Of a stretch of DNA of 64,000 nucleotides, positions 59,659-64,000 are shown piece by piece. The stretch spans positions 558,001 through 622,000 of the forward strand of contig CATNEN010000039.1 of NCBI GenBank assembly GCA_950097015.1, in the 5' to 3' direction. Origin of the DNA: Macrostomum hystrix. Its lineage: Eukaryota; Animalia; Platyhelminthes. The notes under the pieces were generated by a model. The model was not told the origin of the DNA. It did not search any database and saw nothing but the letters and a program-made list of their open reading frames with translations. Each line of letters starts with the position of its first letter. Within the stretch, counting starts at the first letter, position 1. A program made the translations under genes and the position numbers.

Positions 59659-61288
59659 ATGTCAAAGCCAGCATCGTCTGAGGTGACAGCAGAGTTAAAG
59701 CTTTCGCAGCACCGCGGTCAGGCGCTCAACACGACGCTACGGAAATCAACGCTGGCCTCCGTGGCTGCTGTAAAGCGCCGGGCGCCCCGCTGCCTGAGTC
59801 AATGCGTGCTGCGCAGCCTGCGCGAGAACAACCGCGCCTTGGCCAGCGAGCGCGGCAGGCACCTGTCCGAAATCTCCCAGCTCAGCCAGCAGGTGCGCGA
59901 GCTGCAGGCTGAGAACCTGCGGCTTCAACAGCAGCTGTCAGCGCTAAAGCAGAGCGCCTGCGGCCAGGAGCAGCAGCTGCTCGGCAGCTCCCTTTTCGAG
60001 CTGCACTCGCACAATGTCCGCGCCTTGGACTGCCTGTACAAGTAAGTGCGCCGCCCTAATCACTACACTGTGTTATCCCAAATGCGCTGTTGCCAGTTGT
60101 AGCAGCTTTTTTAATGGCTTGAATTGAATGGAAGTGCTTGCCACGCGCTACCGATCATGGAGTCTGTGCCTTGGCACCTTTTGCAATCTCAGATATGGAA
60201 ATACACCCACTCACCGGCCTGCCTAGGTCCGTGACCACCAGCCAGAAGCTGCTAGCCAGTGTGCAGTCGGAATACGAGCGGCCCCTGGAGGCCTCGGTGG
60301 CCACCATCGGGGAGCAGCTAAGCGTACTACTGACGGCCTACACTGATCCGTTCACCCAGCGCGACCTGATCCGGCGCAGCCCCCTGCGGCCGCTCAACTT
60401 GCCTCGATCGACTTCGGATCAGTCGTCTGAGGCATTAGCCAGCGCGCAAGCGCCGAAGATGGAGCCGGGAAAGCTGCGGCAGGAGCAGGTGGGATTCTTG
60501 TTTATCTTTCAGTGACCTCTGGACTTTATTCAGCGATTGGTTTTTCATCTTGGATTAAGCTTGAAATGCCCTGCTCTCTAGCAAAACACAGCCTTTAGTG
60601 GGTGGATGAGTAGCTGAACTGTGGTCCGACTCCTGATCTTGCGGCGAGGCCACATAAATTTGGGGCGCAGCCGCGGGGAAAAGGCTTGAGAGCTTGTCGG
60701 GTACTTGGCGGCCATCAGGACATGTGTGGCGGCCCCCACACAGTGAGAGTTTCAGGCTCTCACGTCGGTGTAGCCATTAGTATGTATGCGAAAGTGCTTG
60801 TCCACTGGTCAAGACGGGCTGAATGCATAACAAAATACGCACCACAGGAGCCGCAACAGCATGCGAATCAGCCGCCAGCCGTTAAGCAAGCCGCGAATGC
60901 CTCGAAAGCACACAGAGAAGCCGGCAAAGTCGCTACCGAGACTCCGTTTTCCAGCCGGCCGCGTCTGCCCCGCACGCCGCCTCCTTCATCGCCCGCTGCA
61001 GATTCGGCGCACTGCCCGAACCAGCGAGGCGGTGCCAAGCGAAAGCGGCAGCCAGCGACTGCGGTCACCAGCAAAGCGCCGCCTAAGCGCCGCGCCCGGC
61101 GCGAAGTCATCGTCGATGTTGTGGTGGAACCTGGCAGCTCAGATGCAGCGGCCCCGGCATCAGGCGACCTGTTTGAGCCACGCAGCAGCGTCGCTGACAG
61201 TGGCCTGCCGGTCACGCTGCAGGGCTTTCGCGACGGGCAGCGGCGGCGTCGGCAGCCCCTAAGGAGCCGCCGAGCCGCTGATAAATAA
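59659..61288 (+). CDS. Coiled-coil protein with basic C-terminus, possibly shugoshin-like; exons 59659-60041, 60227-60488, 60848-61288 (~361 aa)
   Basis: Phase-consistent GT-AG junctions (2, 0) and AATAAA at about 61442. LRENNRALA followed by a heptad coiled coil resembles the shugoshin N-terminus, but no clear C-terminal SGO motif is present. Confidence 0.55.
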
Positions 61289-63718
61289 CGCGGTGCTCTG
61301 TCTGCTCTGTGCGTCGGCCAGTGTTTTGCGAATACCTGAATGGAGGGCTGATTTCCGTCAATTGCTGCTGACAACTTGTTGTTTCGTTGCTGCTAGTTCT
61401 GACCCAGCTTGCAAACTCACCGTCCTTCGTGTTGTGTTATTAATAAATCGCTTTTATTTTTCTTTTATTTTACTCGACTATTTTATGCTTACTAAAAGAA
61501 TTTCACAGCTCATGTTTATGTCCTTGTTCTCTGGACGCTTTCACTTTCAGAAACTTCCCTTCCCGATGCATGTGATTGGCGAATATCTGCTTTCAAAGTG
61601 ACATGGAGTTATAGTTCTCGAACATACCTGAACATGTATATCGAAAAAGTAGCGTGCGTTTTTGCTTCTCCAAAGTGAAATGTGTGAAACTTCAAGTTGT
61701 TCGTCAAACTGCTTTGAACGCATTTATAGTGCTGGCAATTATTTACAATTTGGCTATACTGCGAAAAAATTTTAATATGCTTTTGCTGTTAAATATAAAA
61801 TCCATACCCTCTGAAGTTACATGCGGTTCTGCAGCGAAGTCTGCATAAATATCAGCGCGATTTACCAGCGCAATGCTGCCCGGCATTGGCTTACCTGCCC
61901 ATTAAACTGGCTTTTCATTTCCTAATTTTCCATGGCTTCAACGCGTACCAACCAAGTAAAGAGCATGTGACTCATTCGTACTTATTGCCTGCTTCGGTAC
62001 CGTATCCGAAGTTAAGGACAATATAATAATCGCAAGCTCTAAAAATCTATTTAAATAAAGGCCAGGAACTCGAATTTGATAACTGTGCCATGTTTTTAGG
62101 CAAATCTGCTCGCGCACATTAAATTGCTTTAACCGGCATGACTTGCCAAGCAAGACGAGACATCTAATAATTTAAAGAAATTAGCAATAGCAAGTTTAAA
62201 ATAATTTGTCGCGATTGCATTAACATGTGCAGCAGAACGACATCTATAATCTCCTATATAGAAGGAAAACATGTAACTGTCATTATTAGACAATACACAT
62301 ACTGGTCCATAACTATGGTTTGTTGATAAAGAAACGTTCGTGTAGTGTTTTTCGGAGTGGGTGCCAGTCTAATTTTTACTTTTAAAATTAAAACAAAATA
62401 AAGAGTTTATATTATTGTAATGAACTTGTTCTGTAAGATCGTGTCAGTAAAAAAGTTAATTTTAGAAAAATAATAAAAAATGTTAAATATCTAGCTGACA
62501 TGCAATCTATGACGAAGTCAATATTTGATTCACACTTTTATAGTATATTATATTTTTAAATAGCCGAATGTTCGTTCGAAAAAGAAATAGCTAATAAGCC
62601 TATCATTTATTTATTGACAGTGATAGTAATTGCTAAGCCGCTAAGCGATTTTAACACCTGCTGGCGATTAGAAGTATTATAATTTTTCGTTATCATACAA
62701 ATTGCTTTAAATTATACTAATTAGGTGTTATCTAAAATTTACGAAATGAGTTTGTATCGTAGAGCCACAATCACTGCCTCTTCGTCTCTGGCAAAAGTTG
62801 CTTCAATTCCTACTCCATTTATAAAGAGTAGTATTCCCTTTTTGCCACCTTCTAAGAATGTAAAAAATGATTTTGGTGTTCAGGTTGCTCTTACACGCCA
62901 GAGGGCAAAGTCCTTTTCACCTTTTGCTTCGACACCTGCCAATGTGTGCGTCATTACTGGGCTTCAAGGTAAGCGCTGCTTAATACTGATGATTTATCTA
63001 TTCATTTAATCATCTAGCTGTGTTTACCATATCTATACTTTTCCAGGCTTTTTTGTCTTGTTAAATTCATAGTATCTTGTATTTTTTACCTCTAATCAAA
63101 GACCTAGGTATAATTTTGCCTTATTGCTTGGTTAGGCCTATCAAAAATTAAGAAGATGTAGCTAACTAAAAGCAAACTTTTTTTTTGATAGTTTTTCATA
63201 TTTTTACATATAAAATATAGTATTGGAATAAAGTATAAGTATAGTATTTTTTAGCTTTTCTAGAAATAACCTACAAAAATTCTAGACTAGATCATGCTAG
63301 CCAAATCTGGAAAGAATTGGGCAAGCATTTTTCACTTAAAGTTTTGCTACAAATTTTAGTAGTAATTCCTAAAATAGATAGAAGCAAAACAATACTTTTT
63401 AAAGCTCTAGCATTATAGGCATTACATTTTTCATAATGTTTATTATGAAGTTTTTAAAAAACCAAAAAACAAAACATAAAAACACTGTAGATTACAAAAA
63501 ATACCTAGCAATCCAGAAAAATGTCCTAGGGCTCTTACTAAATTCAATATTACTTCTTTAATAATGCCACCAAAGTTGCCGTAGGTCTAAATTAATTCTA
63601 CTGCTGTTACCAAAGTTGTTACAGGCCTTTTATACTTTTGTCAATCTTATGAATGTCTTTAATTATTCGCTTTATGTATTTCTTATCTCAATTCAAATTG
63701 GTAGCGTTTATGTATTCA

Positions 63719-63791
63719 AATATGGTAGCGTTATACTTTCAATATGGTAGCGTTATACTTTCAATATGGTAGCGTTATACTTTCAGTATGG
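63719..63791. repeat. 22-bp tandem repeat (~3 copies)
   Basis: aatatggtagcgttatactttc repeated. Confidence 0.8.
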
Positions 63792-64000
63792 CCGGTATCT
63801 TTACTGTATATTCCCTTCTGCTTATAACTGTATTATTTCTATAAGTACTTTGTATCAATCTTTATCCGTCTTTATCAGTCTTTATCCGTCTTTATCAGTC
63901 TCTCAATTATCATTCAGTTAACCTTCAATTCAATCTTCAGTTTAGTCTTTAATTTCAATCTTCAGTCCGTTTCATAGGGCTTTCCAGTGGATCTAGAGTT

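Overview
Eukaryotic animal DNA with spliceosomal introns and many minisatellites. The anion-type nicotinic receptor and repeat-filled introns suggest a lophotrochozoan, possibly a free-living flatworm such as Macrostomum (inference only). Positions 1446-18745 hold an apparently intact ~17.3 kb Polinton/Maverick (endogenous dsDNA virus-like element) with ~557 bp near-identical terminal inverted repeats. It encodes rve integrase-chromodomain, minor and major capsid proteins, a basic core-like protein, an adenain-type protease, a packaging ATPase and a protein-primed DNA polymerase B. Its unusual cargo looks like a transcription kit: a divergent TATA-binding protein (9527-10093), a tandem PC4/Sub1-like protein (2199-2966) and a Cys/His-rich protein with activator-like tracts (16349-17302). 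A TATTCGA motif recurs in the virion gene block. The pPolB gene appears spliced across a minisatellite-filled intron and seems to be of a different lineage from the capsid module. The rest is host DNA: a large secreted discoidin-domain protein, an anion-selective nAChR-type subunit, a QSOX sulfhydryl oxidase, a DUF5054-like glycoside hydrolase, PSMC2/Rpt1, a possible shugoshin, a nested MITE pair and many minisatellites. Two of those arrays are built from 3' splice-site sequence. All family assignments come from motif recognition by eye; no searches were run.
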